Both the position numbers and the translations under genes were made by a program. 39,526 nt of DNA from Bacteroidota bacterium. Lineage in GTDB: Bacteria; Bacteroidota; Bacteroidia; UKL13-3. Position 1 is the first letter of the stretch; every line of letters begins with the position of its first letter. The notes beneath the pieces were generated by a model. It saw only the letters and a list, made by a program, of their open reading frames with translations. It made no database searches and had not been told where the DNA came from. Shown here one piece after another: positions 1-8,835 of the stretch. The stretch covers positions 1 through 39,526 of the forward strand of contig JAUYMZ010000428.1 in the NCBI GenBank assembly GCA_030699355.1, in the 5' to 3' direction.

Positions 1-69
1 AGAAAATAGTATGGTACTTAATACCAAATACCAATTCTGCGGATTTGCTTGTAACATATTTATTTCCAT
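1..69 (-). CDS. nuoK: NADH-quinone oxidoreductase subunit K, N-terminal 23 codons only (gene runs off the window)
   Basis: Hand translation of the minus strand from the ATG at 69..67 gives MEINMLQANPQNWYLVLSTILFS, a hydrophobic NuoK-like start. The ATG overlaps the nuoJ stop (TAATG). The position fits the nuo gene order. Confidence 0.6.
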   Translation of the reverse strand, partial: MEINMLQANPQNWYLVLSTILFS

Positions 70-569
70 TAATGAACCTCCTTTTTAGCTAAAACAACTG
101 CCCCAATCATGGCGGCAATAAACAATACCGATGTCATTTCAAATGGCAACAAAAACTCGGTAAACAAAACCATACCTACATTTTGAACAAAGCCAGATTC
201 TGTGTATGCCGGCGATGCGTATTCCCCTAATTGGGTTGAACGCATACTAGCTAATAATACCAACAACATTAATCCGCCACTTACCATGGCAGCTAATTTA
301 TACAACAAAGGCTTGTGAGGTTCGGTAGCCTTATTTAAATTAAGCAACATTACCGTAAACAACATTAAAACCATGATGGCTCCAGCATATACAATAATAT
401 GAACGATGGCCAAAAATTGCGCGTTTAGCATAATATAGTGTCCGGCAATTGAAAAGAAACACACAATTAACCAAATCACACTATAAATAGGATTCTTAGA
501 AAACACCACAAACAGGGCACTCATTATAGAGAGCGCTGCAAGTATAAAAAATATTAACTGACTACTCAT
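69..569 (-). CDS. nuoJ: NADH-quinone oxidoreductase subunit J
   Basis: 166-aa polytopic membrane protein lying between nuoI and nuoK. The N-terminus LIFFILAALSIMSALFVVFSKNPIYSVIWL is typical of NuoJ/ND6. Confidence 0.9.
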   Translation of the reverse strand: MSSQLIFFILAALSIMSALFVVFSKNPIYSVIWLIVCFFSIAGHYIMLNAQFLAIVHIIVYAGAIMVLMLFTVMLLNLNKATEPHKPLLYKLAAMVSGGLMLLVLLASMRSTQLGEYASPAYTESGFVQNVGMVLFTEFLLPFEMTSVLFIAAMIGAVVLAKKEVH

Positions 570-603
570 TACAGGGTTATTATCATTAGGTTTATGCCGA
601 AGC

Positions 604-1134
604 TTATATTGAATATTCTTTTTTTCTCTTACTTACGTCCACTCTATCGTCGATTTTTTCAACCAACATATCTTTACCAAACACAAACTCACCGCGAGTA
701 TATTCTGATGGAACAATTCTATCGGTAAGGTAGATGGCGTCTTTCGGACAAGCTTCTTCGCACAAACCGCAATAGATACAACGCAGCATATTTATTTCAT
801 ATTTGGCTGCATATTTTTCTTCGCGGTACAAGTGTTCCTCCCCTTTTTTGCGCTCGGCTGCATCCATCGTAATGGCTTCGGCCGGACAAGACACAGCGCA
901 CAAACCGCAGGCCGTGCAATTTTCCCTGCCTTGCTCATCGCGCTTTAGCACATGCATACCTCTGTAAACAGAAGCAAACTCCTTTTTAACCTCTGGGTAT
1001 TTAAGCGTTGCTTTCTTTCTAAAAAGGTGCTTAATAGTAATTTGTAAGCCAGAAAAAATGGCAGGTAAGTATAACTTTTCTACCCAGGTCATTTCTGGTT
1101 GGGTAACTACTTTTGATCTATTTGTTAATTGCAT
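604..1134 (-). CDS. nuoI: NADH-quinone oxidoreductase subunit I (2x[4Fe-4S] ferredoxin)
   Basis: Two CxxCxxCxxxCP motifs: CTACGLCAVSCP and CIYCGLCEEACP. Operon position fits. Confidence 0.95.
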   Translation of the reverse strand: MQLTNRSKVVTQPEMTWVEKLYLPAIFSGLQITIKHLFRKKATLKYPEVKKEFASVYRGMHVLKRDEQGRENCTACGLCAVSCPAEAITMDAAERKKGEEHLYREEKYAAKYEINMLRCIYCGLCEEACPKDAIYLTDRIVPSEYTRGEFVFGKDMLVEKIDDRVDVSKRKKEYSI

Positions 1135-1156
1135 AAAACGTTTGGTTCAGGATTAA

Positions 1157-2221
1157 TTAATTTCCAAAAAGCGTAATCGCGGCTGCGGTTAGTAAAACAT
1201 TTACAATGGCAATAGGCATTAATATCTGCCAACCTAATCGCATCAATTGGTCGTAACGGAACCTCGGGATGGTCCAACGAACCCACATGAACAAGAATAT
1301 GAAGAAAAATATTTTGCCAAACATTACCAATACACTAATGATACTAACCATATTATGCGGCAAAATGGTGCCCAAATAATCTATCCCAGGAAAATTATAA
1401 CCACCAAAAAATAAGCAGGCAATTATAGCAGAAGAAATAAACATATTGATATATTCTCCAAATAAATACAACCCCAATTTCATGGAAGAATATTCGGTAT
1501 GGAAACCACCAATTAATTCTGATTCAGATTCAGGTAAATCAAACGGTGTTCTGTTGGCTTCGGCAAAGGCACATATTAAAAATATTAAGAAAGCAACCGG
1601 TTGGTAAAACACATTCCAGTTCATACCAGAAACATTAATAAAGCCATAAAGCTTGCCTGTTCCTTGTGCCTCCACAATATTATTTATACTCAATGAACCA
1701 TTGGTCATTAATAAAATAGCCACCACGCTCATACCCATTGCTAATTCGTAACTAATCATTTGGCTACTGGCACGAATGGCGCCCAATAAAGCATATTTAT
1801 TATTAGAAGCCCAGCCTCCAATCATAATGCCATAAACACCCAAAGAAACAACTCCTAACACATATAATATACCGATGTTTATATCGGCAACTTGCAAGGC
1901 ATAGGTTTCTCCGCCAAACTCAAGCGGCATTCCCCACGGAATAACTGCCGAAACCATGAGGGTGGTTACCATAAATACACTTGGTCCTAAAATAAACAAG
2001 AATTTATCCGACATGGTAGGGATAATTTCCTCTTTTAAGAACATCTTCACACCGTCTGCAATAGGTTGCAACAAACCAAACGGACCCGCTCTATCTGGCC
2101 CAATTCTATCTTGTAAAAAAGCGGCAACCTTTCTTTCGGCATAGGTGCTATAAGCCGCAATTCCTAAGCTAATTAAAAACAACAAAACAACCAATATGGC
2201 CTTAAATAAAATTATGCTCAT
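1157..2221 (-). CDS. nuoH: NADH-quinone oxidoreductase subunit H
   Basis: 354-aa polytopic membrane protein with NuoH/ND1 signatures (ERKVAAFLQDRIGP, FDLPESESEL). 4-nt overlap with nuoG. Confidence 0.95.
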   Translation of the reverse strand: MSIILFKAILVVLLFLISLGIAAYSTYAERKVAAFLQDRIGPDRAGPFGLLQPIADGVKMFLKEEIIPTMSDKFLFILGPSVFMVTTLMVSAVIPWGMPLEFGGETYALQVADINIGILYVLGVVSLGVYGIMIGGWASNNKYALLGAIRASSQMISYELAMGMSVVAILLMTNGSLSINNIVEAQGTGKLYGFINVSGMNWNVFYQPVAFLIFLICAFAEANRTPFDLPESESELIGGFHTEYSSMKLGLYLFGEYINMFISSAIIACLFFGGYNFPGIDYLGTILPHNMVSIISVLVMFGKIFFFIFLFMWVRWTIPRFRYDQLMRLGWQILMPIAIVNVLLTAAAITLFGN

Positions 2222-3201
2222 GCTTGCTCTCCTTCTTGTAAAGATAAAGGTTTAACCTCATTTAACTTAAACTCCGTTGGCTGCTTAAAAACCTCGTAAT
2301 GATTGGCCGAAATAACCGAGTGCCTGCTCACGGCAGTTGGACCTTCAATGGTCCAATCGGCAGTATTTTTCTTGTCGAACCTACACGTATTACAGATAAA
2401 CTCTTCTACCTCTCCCCACTGGTCTTTTCTGCCTGTTACACGCAAAACTTCCTCTCCTTTGTACCATAAATTTACTTTACCACTGCATTTCTCACAATTT
2501 CTGTGCGCATTTACAGGCTTTGTAAACCAAACCCTGCTTTTAAACCTAAATGTTTTATCGGTAAGGGCACCAACCGGACAAACATCAATAACATTTCCAG
2601 AGAAATCATTATCGATAGCTTGTTCCACATAAGTAGAAATTTCAGAATGGTCGCCACGATTTATCACACCATGTACCCTGCCATCCGTAATTTGATTGGC
2701 CACTTTTACACAGCGGTAGCAGAGGATGCAACGTGTCATGTGTAATTGGATTTTTTCTCCAATATCTATTTTTTCAAAAGTTCTACGTTCAAAATCTGTA
2801 CGGGTTTTGCTTGAACCATGCTCATAGGAAAGGTCTTGCAAATGGCATTCTCCCGCTTGGTCGCAGATAGGGCAATCGAGCGGATGGTTCAGCAATAAAA
2901 ACTCAACCACACCCTTTCTAGCCTCGGTTACCTTGGTAGAAGTAACATTACCTACTTCCATTCCATCCATTACATTGGTTCGGCAAGAAGCCACCAATTT
3001 TGGCATGGGGCGAGGGTCTCTTTCAGAGCCTTTGGTTACCTCAACCAAGCAGGTACGGCAATACCCACCGCTGGTTTTAAGTTTGCTATAATAGCACATG
3101 GTTGGCGGCGCCACTTCTGGCCCAATCATTCTTGCTGCCTGCAAGATGGTAGTTCCATCTGGAACCTCAATTGTTCTACCGTCTATTGTTACTTTTGCCA
3201 T
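2218..3201 (-). CDS. nuoG: NADH-quinone oxidoreductase subunit G, short form (Fe-S N-terminal module only)
   Basis: 2Fe-2S ferredoxin-like start (CYYSKL..C..C), HPLDCPICDQAGEC (an HxxxCxxCxxxxxC N5-type site) and CILCYRC...CPVGAL (N4-type site). Only 327 aa, with no molybdopterin-like domain. Confidence 0.85.
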   Translation of the reverse strand: MAKVTIDGRTIEVPDGTTILQAARMIGPEVAPPTMCYYSKLKTSGGYCRTCLVEVTKGSERDPRPMPKLVASCRTNVMDGMEVGNVTSTKVTEARKGVVEFLLLNHPLDCPICDQAGECHLQDLSYEHGSSKTRTDFERRTFEKIDIGEKIQLHMTRCILCYRCVKVANQITDGRVHGVINRGDHSEISTYVEQAIDNDFSGNVIDVCPVGALTDKTFRFKSRVWFTKPVNAHRNCEKCSGKVNLWYKGEEVLRVTGRKDQWGEVEEFICNTCRFDKKNTADWTIEGPTAVSRHSVISANHYEVFKQPTEFKLNEVKPLSLQEGEQA

Positions 3202-3253
3202 TTACAATTTTATTTAATCCACTCTCTAAAATCAAGATTGATAGTAGGAATGT

Positions 3254-3601
3254 TTAATTATCATTTATTTTTTTTATTTCACTTTCAATATCAAGAATTA
3301 AATTGTCCAAATGAAGGTAAACAATACCCCAAATAATTTCATAATTTGTATTTCCATAATCATGTATTATTCGATTTCTTAGTCCAATTATCTTTTCTTT
3401 ATTTCTAATTTCTAAAACATAATTTTCAGCTTTAATTTTATTCAAAGCCTCTGCAACAATTTCTATTTCCCGCTCAACTGCCCTATAAACCAATCTATTT
3501 CCCATAAATTGCACAAATGAAGTTATTCCTTCAGTATGTGATTGTATGGCTTTTGAAGCATCCAACATATCTTCTAAATATGCCAATACTTTAAGCAGCA
3601 T
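3254..3601 (-). CDS. HEPN/DUF86 (HepT-like) toxin
   Basis: 115 aa with RNRIIHDYG, which matches the Rx4HxY HEPN RNase motif. It overlaps the upstream nucleotidyltransferase gene by 11 nt. Confidence 0.8.
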   Translation of the reverse strand: MLLKVLAYLEDMLDASKAIQSHTEGITSFVQFMGNRLVYRAVEREIEIVAEALNKIKAENYVLEIRNKEKIIGLRNRIIHDYGNTNYEIIWGIVYLHLDNLILDIESEIKKINDN

Positions 3602-3899
3602 AGACTAACTCCTTTGTTTCTTCAATATTTTCTCTTAAATATTTGTTTCTGATTGTGCTGTTAATCATCAAATCTACACGCCTCCCAAACATTTTCTCTA
3701 ATGATTCAACACAATCAAAATAAAAATCAAAATATTTTTCAACAGGTAAGCTTTCTTCAAATCTTACAATCAAATCTACATCACTATCTGGTCTGAACCT
3801 ATTTTCATCTAATACTGAACCAAAGGCATACAATTCCTTTACCTGATGTTTTCTACAGATTTCAGAAATAGCGTCGATATGTTGTTCTATTAGGTTCAA
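3591..3899 (-). CDS. MntA-like minimal nucleotidyltransferase antitoxin
   Basis: 102 aa with FGSVLDENRFRPDSDVDLIV, the GS...DxD motif of the Pol-beta NTase fold. It lies directly upstream of and overlaps the HEPN gene. Confidence 0.8.
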   Translation of the reverse strand: MNLIEQHIDAISEICRKHQVKELYAFGSVLDENRFRPDSDVDLIVRFEESLPVEKYFDFYFDCVESLEKMFGRRVDLMINSTIRNKYLRENIEETKELVYAA

Positions 3900-3910
3900 A
3901 CCGAAATAAT

Positions 3911-5251
3911 TTATACAGCCATGCGTGTAACCTTGTTAATTGCTTTGGGATTTTTCACATACTCCTCAAACTCACCTCTAAAATGTCTGATGGCACTTGC
4001 CACCGGCCAAGCAGCGGCATCGCCCAACGGACAAATGGTATTGCCTTCAATTTTTGCCTGAATCTCCCACAACAAGTCGATGTCTTCAAGCGTGGCATGA
4101 CCATCAATCATTTTATGCAAAATTTTCTCCATCCAAGCGGTTCCCTCGCGGCATGGCGAACATTGTCCGCAACTCTCGTGGTGGTAAAAACGAGCAAAAG
4201 TAAACAAGTTTTCTACGATGCTTGTGTCTTCATCCATCACAATAAATCCGCCTGAACCCAACATGGTTCCACCGCCAAAGCCCCCATCTGCCAAACTCTC
4301 GTACGACATTAAGCGTTTTTCGCCATTGGCTAAATTCAATATTTTATCGGCAGGTAAAATAGGCACAGAGGAACCTCCAGCCACTACAGCTTTTAGTTTT
4401 TTGCCATTCGAAATTCCGCCACAATACTCTTCACTGTAAATAAAATCTTCTACTGTAATACCCATTTCAATTTCGTACACACCTGGTTTATTGATATGTC
4501 CGGAAGCCGAAATAAGTTTGGTACCGGCAGATTTTCCAATACCAACATTGGCATAAGCATCGCCACCTTCATTCACAATAAAAGGCACAGCGGCTAAGGT
4601 TTCTACGTTGTTCACTACGGTTGGACAACCATATAAACCTGCTATAGCCGGAAACGGCGGCTTAATTCTTGGGTTACCCCTTTTCCCTTCTAAACTTTCT
4701 AATAAGGCAGTTTCTTCACCGCAGATATAAGCACCTGCACCCACTTGCACATATAAATCCAAGTTATAGCCTGAACCTAATATATTTTTTCCTAACCATC
4801 CATTGGCATAAGCTTCTTCGATGGCTTTTTCTAAGATATTTACAATGTAAAAATACTCCCCTCTAATGTAAATATATGCTGTATTAACACCTAGCGCAAA
4901 GCTAGAAGTAATCATACCTTCTACTAAAATATGAGGTATGCGCGACATAAGGTATCTATCTTTAAAAGTACCCGGCTCGCTTTCATCTGCATTACAAACT
5001 ATATAACGAGGAACGCCCTCTGGCTTTGCCAAAAAGCTCCACTTCATTCCGGTTGGGAAACCCGCGCCACCTCTTCCGCGTAGGCCCGACTTTTTAACCT
5101 CTTCCACCACTGCTTCTGGCGACATGGTTTTGATGGCTTTCTCTACAGAATTATAACCTCCCTGTTTCCTATACACTTCGTAACCTTGAATGCCAGGTAC
5201 GTGATCGTGTGCTAATAATATTTTTCTACCCATGCTATTAATATTTATCAA
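3911..5251 (-). CDS. nuoF: NADH-quinone oxidoreductase subunit F
   Basis: GLRGRGGAGFPTG (FMN/NADH site) and ESCGQCSPCREG (N3 4Fe-4S site). 14-nt overlap with nuoE. Confidence 0.95.
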   Translation of the reverse strand: MININSMGRKILLAHDHVPGIQGYEVYRKQGGYNSVEKAIKTMSPEAVVEEVKKSGLRGRGGAGFPTGMKWSFLAKPEGVPRYIVCNADESEPGTFKDRYLMSRIPHILVEGMITSSFALGVNTAYIYIRGEYFYIVNILEKAIEEAYANGWLGKNILGSGYNLDLYVQVGAGAYICGEETALLESLEGKRGNPRIKPPFPAIAGLYGCPTVVNNVETLAAVPFIVNEGGDAYANVGIGKSAGTKLISASGHINKPGVYEIEMGITVEDFIYSEEYCGGISNGKKLKAVVAGGSSVPILPADKILNLANGEKRLMSYESLADGGFGGGTMLGSGGFIVMDEDTSIVENLFTFARFYHHESCGQCSPCREGTAWMEKILHKMIDGHATLEDIDLLWEIQAKIEGNTICPLGDAAAWPVASAIRHFRGEFEEYVKNPKAINKVTRMAV

Positions 5252-5774
5252 CCACTACATTATCTAAATACGTTTTGCGCTTGCCTTCTTGTTTGCAAGA
5301 ATCGATGATGGCATCTACTTTATCGTGCGTTAAATTTTCATGAAACTGAGCGCCAATCATCATCATTGGAGCAGTTCCACAACTACCCAAACACTCTACT
5401 GCCTTTAAAGTAAACATACCATCTGCGGTAGTTTCACCTTCTTTAATACCCAATTTCTTCTCGATGTGTGCTATCACCTCATTGGCGCCACGCAACCAAC
5501 AACTGCTGGTTCTGCAAACTTCAATCATGCATTTGCCAAAAGGTTGCAAGTTAAACATCGAATAAAACGATGCCACTTCATAGGCTTCAATATTTTGTAT
5601 GTTGAGTAAGGAAGCCACATAATCCATTGCCGCCGGACTTAACCATCCATCAAATTCGGCCTGAGCCAAATGTAACAGAGGAATCAATGCCGACTTATGT
5701 TTGCCTTCCGGATAACGTGCCATGATTTTTTTGGCTACCGCTAATGTGTCTTCACTAAATTTAATATCACTCAT
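5238..5774 (-). CDS. nuoE: NADH-quinone oxidoreductase subunit E
   Basis: Thioredoxin-like 2Fe-2S pattern CRTSSC...CLGSCGTAP. Operon position fits. Confidence 0.9.
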   Translation of the reverse strand: MSDIKFSEDTLAVAKKIMARYPEGKHKSALIPLLHLAQAEFDGWLSPAAMDYVASLLNIQNIEAYEVASFYSMFNLQPFGKCMIEVCRTSSCWLRGANEVIAHIEKKLGIKEGETTADGMFTLKAVECLGSCGTAPMMMIGAQFHENLTHDKVDAIIDSCKQEGKRKTYLDNVVVDKY

Positions 5775-5818
5775 TTTTTAGTCGTTGGTCTTTGGTCTTT
5801 AGTCATTCGTGTAATCCA

Positions 5819-5846
5819 CTATGGTCCATGGTCTATGGACTATGGA
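5819..5846. repeat. Four tandem heptamers (CTATGGT CCATGGT CTATGGA CTATGGA) in the nuoD-nuoE spacer
   Basis: Read directly from the sequence. The same 76-nt spacer also has GGTCTTT x2 (5787..5800) and a CACGAATG motif related to the REP-like repeats at 19.3-21.0 kb. Confidence 0.7.
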
Positions 5847-5850
5847 CATA

Positions 5851-7062
5851 TTAAGCGTCCAATTCTCCGGCAATTACATTTAAACTACTTAAGGTTACAA
5901 TGGCATCACTTAAAGTGGAGCCTTTAATCATTTCTGGATAACCTTGGTAATAAATAAAACATGGTCTGCGGAAATGTAAACGATAGGCCGCTCTTCCCCC
6001 ATCACTTACTAAATAATAACCCAATTCTCCGTTACCTCCTTCAACCGCGTGGTAAACCTCTCCTATTGGCACATCCGCTTCACCCATCACAATTTTGAAG
6101 TGCCAAATTAAGGCTTCCATATTGTTATAAACCTCTTGTTTTGGAGGCAAATAAAACTCAGGAACCTCAGCAAAGAACTTTCCTTCCGGCAAATTTTCTA
6201 ATGCAGCAGTTATAATTTTCAAACTCTCCCACATTTCCTGCTGGCGCACCATAAAACGATCATAGGTATCGCCATTAATGCCTACAGGAATTACAAAATC
6301 AAAATCTTGGTAACTACTATATGGATTCATAACACGTACATCGTAATCTAAACCCGTGGCACGTAAATTTGGTCCGGTAAAGCCATAATGCAAAGCACGC
6401 TCTGTGTTTATGGGTCCGGCACCAATCGTTCTATCCATGAAAATACGATTGCGTTCAAGCAAATTGGTAAACTCACGCAAGGCAGCAGGAAACTCTTTTA
6501 TAAAAGCACGAATTTTCTGAATACAAACAAGAGAGAAATCACGCTCTAAACCGCCAATTCTGCCGATATTAGTGGTTAATCTTGCTCCACAAATTTCTTC
6601 AAAAATATCATAAATATGCTCGCGCCATTGAAACACGTAAGTAAAACCAGTAAGCGCTCCTACATCCACACCAATTACGGAGTTACACACCAAATGGTCT
6701 GAAATACGTGCCAATTCCATAATAATTACACGCATATAATCTACACGCTTGGGCGTTTCTACTCCTAATAATTTTTCTACGGTCATATGCCATCCCATAT
6801 TATTAATAGGAGATGAACAATAATTAAGCCTATCAGTAAGTGGGGTAACTTGGTAAAACGGACGGTGTTCGGCAATTTTCTCAAATGCCCTGTGAATATA
6901 TCCGCAAGTTTGCTCTGTATCTACAATAATCTCACCATCCATGGTAAGAATATTCTGGAAAATACCGTGTGTTGCCGGGTGTGTTGGACCAAGGTTTAAC
7001 GTGGTATATTCTGATTGATGATCGTAATTTCCTAACGTATTTTCCATGTAATTACCTTCCAA
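5851..7062 (-). CDS. nuoD: NADH-quinone oxidoreductase subunit D
   Basis: LNLGPTHPATHG near the N-terminus and a 49-kDa subunit-like C-terminus (RRPCFIYY...IAGELDA). The real start may be the second Met at 7047. Confidence 0.95.
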   Translation of the reverse strand: MEGNYMENTLGNYDHQSEYTTLNLGPTHPATHGIFQNILTMDGEIIVDTEQTCGYIHRAFEKIAEHRPFYQVTPLTDRLNYCSSPINNMGWHMTVEKLLGVETPKRVDYMRVIIMELARISDHLVCNSVIGVDVGALTGFTYVFQWREHIYDIFEEICGARLTTNIGRIGGLERDFSLVCIQKIRAFIKEFPAALREFTNLLERNRIFMDRTIGAGPINTERALHYGFTGPNLRATGLDYDVRVMNPYSSYQDFDFVIPVGINGDTYDRFMVRQQEMWESLKIITAALENLPEGKFFAEVPEFYLPPKQEVYNNMEALIWHFKIVMGEADVPIGEVYHAVEGGNGELGYYLVSDGGRAAYRLHFRRPCFIYYQGYPEMIKGSTLSDAIVTLSSLNVIAGELDA

Positions 7063-7558
7063 AATAAGTATCGTCTTTATCAGTTCTTGTTTGGTCTTCG
7101 AGCGGGTATTCTTTGCGCATTGGGAAATAGTCCATTTCGTCTACATTTAAAATGCGTTTTAAGTTGGGGTGACCCAAAAACTCGATGCCATAAAAATCAA
7201 ACGTTTCGCGTTCTTGCCAGTTGGCAGCGCCAAAAATACCGCTAATACTATCTATTTGTGGGTTTTCTGCTGGCATAAAACATTTGATACGCACACGCAA
7301 GTTGTTTATGAAACTATGAAAATGGTAAACCACGCCTAGTTCATTCCCTACTTGGTCTGGGAAATGCACGCCACACAAATCGGTTAAAAACTGCATTTTC
7401 AATTGCGCATGGTCTTTTAAATATTGCACACAAGGAACAATTTGTTCTTTACGCAATACGATGGTAAGCATACCATAGGGTTCTTCTGCCGAAATAATGG
7501 CATCTGAGAATTGCTCTTGCAGTTCCTTGAGCAAATAGGCATTATTTATTTCACTCAT
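7052..7558 (-). CDS. nuoC: NADH-quinone oxidoreductase subunit C
   Basis: 168 aa with the 30-kDa subunit signature (ANWQERETFDFYGIEFLGHP). Operon position fits. Confidence 0.9.
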   Translation of the reverse strand: MSEINNAYLLKELQEQFSDAIISAEEPYGMLTIVLRKEQIVPCVQYLKDHAQLKMQFLTDLCGVHFPDQVGNELGVVYHFHSFINNLRVRIKCFMPAENPQIDSISGIFGAANWQERETFDFYGIEFLGHPNLKRILNVDEMDYFPMRKEYPLEDQTRTDKDDTYFGR

Positions 7559-8100
7559 TATTGTATTCCGTAACTTGCCATTAATGCTTTATACTCGGCA
7601 GAATTTCTGCGGTCTAAAGATTCATTTTTAACCAATTCTTGAATTTTCATAACGCCATCAATAATTTGTTCTGGGCGTGGCGGACAACCCGGTACGTATA
7701 CATCTACTGGCAATACCTTATCTACACCTTGTAAAACAGAGTAAGTATCAAAGATTCCTCCACTAGAGGCACAAGCGCCCACGGCAATTACCCACCTAGG
7801 TTCAGCCATTTGTAAGTATACCTGGCGCAAAACCGGACCCATTTTTTTGGAGATGGTGCCCATTACCATGAGTAAATCTGCTTGGCGCGGCGAAAAAGAG
7901 ATTCGTTCTGAACCAAACCTGGCCAAGTCGTAATTGGAAGCCATGGTTGCCATAAATTCAATACCACAGCAAGAAGTGGCAAAAGGCAAAGGCCAAATAG
8001 AATTGGCTCGAGCCAAACCAACCGCTTTATCTAAACTGGTTGCAAAGAAACCTTGACCTTCTAGGCCTGGAGGTGCTTCTGTTATTTGAATATTCGACAT
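7558..8100 (-). CDS. nuoB: NADH-quinone oxidoreductase subunit B
   Basis: N2-cluster cysteines (SCCGIEFMA, GACASSGG, PGCPPRPE). Confidence 0.95.
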   Translation of the reverse strand: MSNIQITEAPPGLEGQGFFATSLDKAVGLARANSIWPLPFATSCCGIEFMATMASNYDLARFGSERISFSPRQADLLMVMGTISKKMGPVLRQVYLQMAEPRWVIAVGACASSGGIFDTYSVLQGVDKVLPVDVYVPGCPPRPEQIIDGVMKIQELVKNESLDRRNSAEYKALMASYGIQ

Positions 8101-8125
8101 AATTAATATTTTAATTTAAAGGATA

Positions 8126-8488
8126 TTATTCCCATTTCAAGGCACCCTTTTTAAGGATGTACACATAACCCAATAACAATAATCCGGCAAATAATAGCAT
8201 TTCTACCATGCCCAACATACCCAATTGGCGGAAGTTTACAGCCCAAGGGTACATAAAAACAACCTCCACATCAAACATTACAAACAAAATGGCGGTCATA
8301 AAATAACGGATAGAAAATGGCATACGGGCATTGCCCACAGCATCTATACCACACTCAAAATTTTCGAGTTTATCTGTGGTTTTACGTTTGGGACCAGCCC
8401 AATGAGAAACCAACATGGAAACCACCACAAATCCAATGGCAACCAAAAATTGCATGAATATGGCGAAATAATCTACGGGTGTTGACAT
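8126..8488 (-). CDS. nuoA: NADH-quinone oxidoreductase subunit A
   Basis: Three-TM ND3-like protein. I place the start at the internal Met (MSTPVDYF..., ATG at 8488). The 22-codon extension in the ORF track is basic and not NuoA-like, and it lies upstream of a TAnnTTTG box. Confidence 0.85.
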   Translation of the reverse strand: MSTPVDYFAIFMQFLVAIGFVVVSMLVSHWAGPKRKTTDKLENFECGIDAVGNARMPFSIRYFMTAILFVMFDVEVVFMYPWAVNFRQLGMLGMVEMLLFAGLLLLGYVYILKKGALKWE

Positions 8489-8512
8489 ACAAATATATTT
8501 TATATAACCTCG

Positions 8513-8520
8513 CAAAAATA
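8513..8520 (-). promoter_or_regulatory. Candidate Bacteroidota -7 box (TATTTTTG on the minus strand) for the nuo operon
   Basis: Plus-strand CAAAAATA is TATTTTTG on the minus strand and matches TAnnTTTG. It ends 24 nt upstream of the proposed nuoA ATG. No clear -33 element was seen. Confidence 0.35.
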
Positions 8521-8588
8521 GATTTTTACCCCTATTCTGCACTGATTTTGACAAGAAAATAGTGTAAATTCTTTCAACAATTATAAAC

Positions 8589-8831
8589 CTATGAAATTGA
8601 GTTTCTTACACGTTCAAAAAAGGCTCTGGTTGCGGTTTTAAGGTCGATTTTCTCGTTTTCCACACGCTCTAAAATATCGATAGCACCCAAAATATGGGTT
8701 AATTGCTCGCCCTCATCGTCGCCACCCACCTCAAAAGGAAGTGGCTGTTCGTTACACAAGAATTCTTCGGCTTGTTTTAATTCGGACAGCGTTTTGCTTT
8801 CTGCTAAAGCTTTAATTACAGGTAATTTCAT
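8589..8831 (-). CDS. Small acidic hypothetical protein (80 aa)
   Basis: Clean ORF 4 nt downstream of the thioredoxin gene on the same strand. No motif recognised. Confidence 0.6.
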   Translation of the reverse strand: MKLPVIKALAESKTLSELKQAEEFLCNEQPLPFEVGGDDEGEQLTHILGAIDILERVENEKIDLKTATRAFFERVRNSIS

Positions 8832-8835
8832 ACAA

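Noticed and set aside
1956-4866. Plus-strand ORFs of 62-109 aa (1956..2144, 2303..2632, 2503..2745, 3983..4255, 3997..4203, 4218..4439, 4669..4866)
   Set aside because: All lie antisense within strongly supported nuoH, nuoG and nuoF coding sequence. They have odd composition and no recognisable motifs, so they are typical shadow ORFs.
8489-8554. 22-codon N-terminal extension of nuoA in the ORF track (MSKSVQNRGKNLFLRGYIKYIC)
   Set aside because: It is basic and not NuoA-like, and it lies upstream of the candidate -7 box. The internal Met gives a normal NuoA start.
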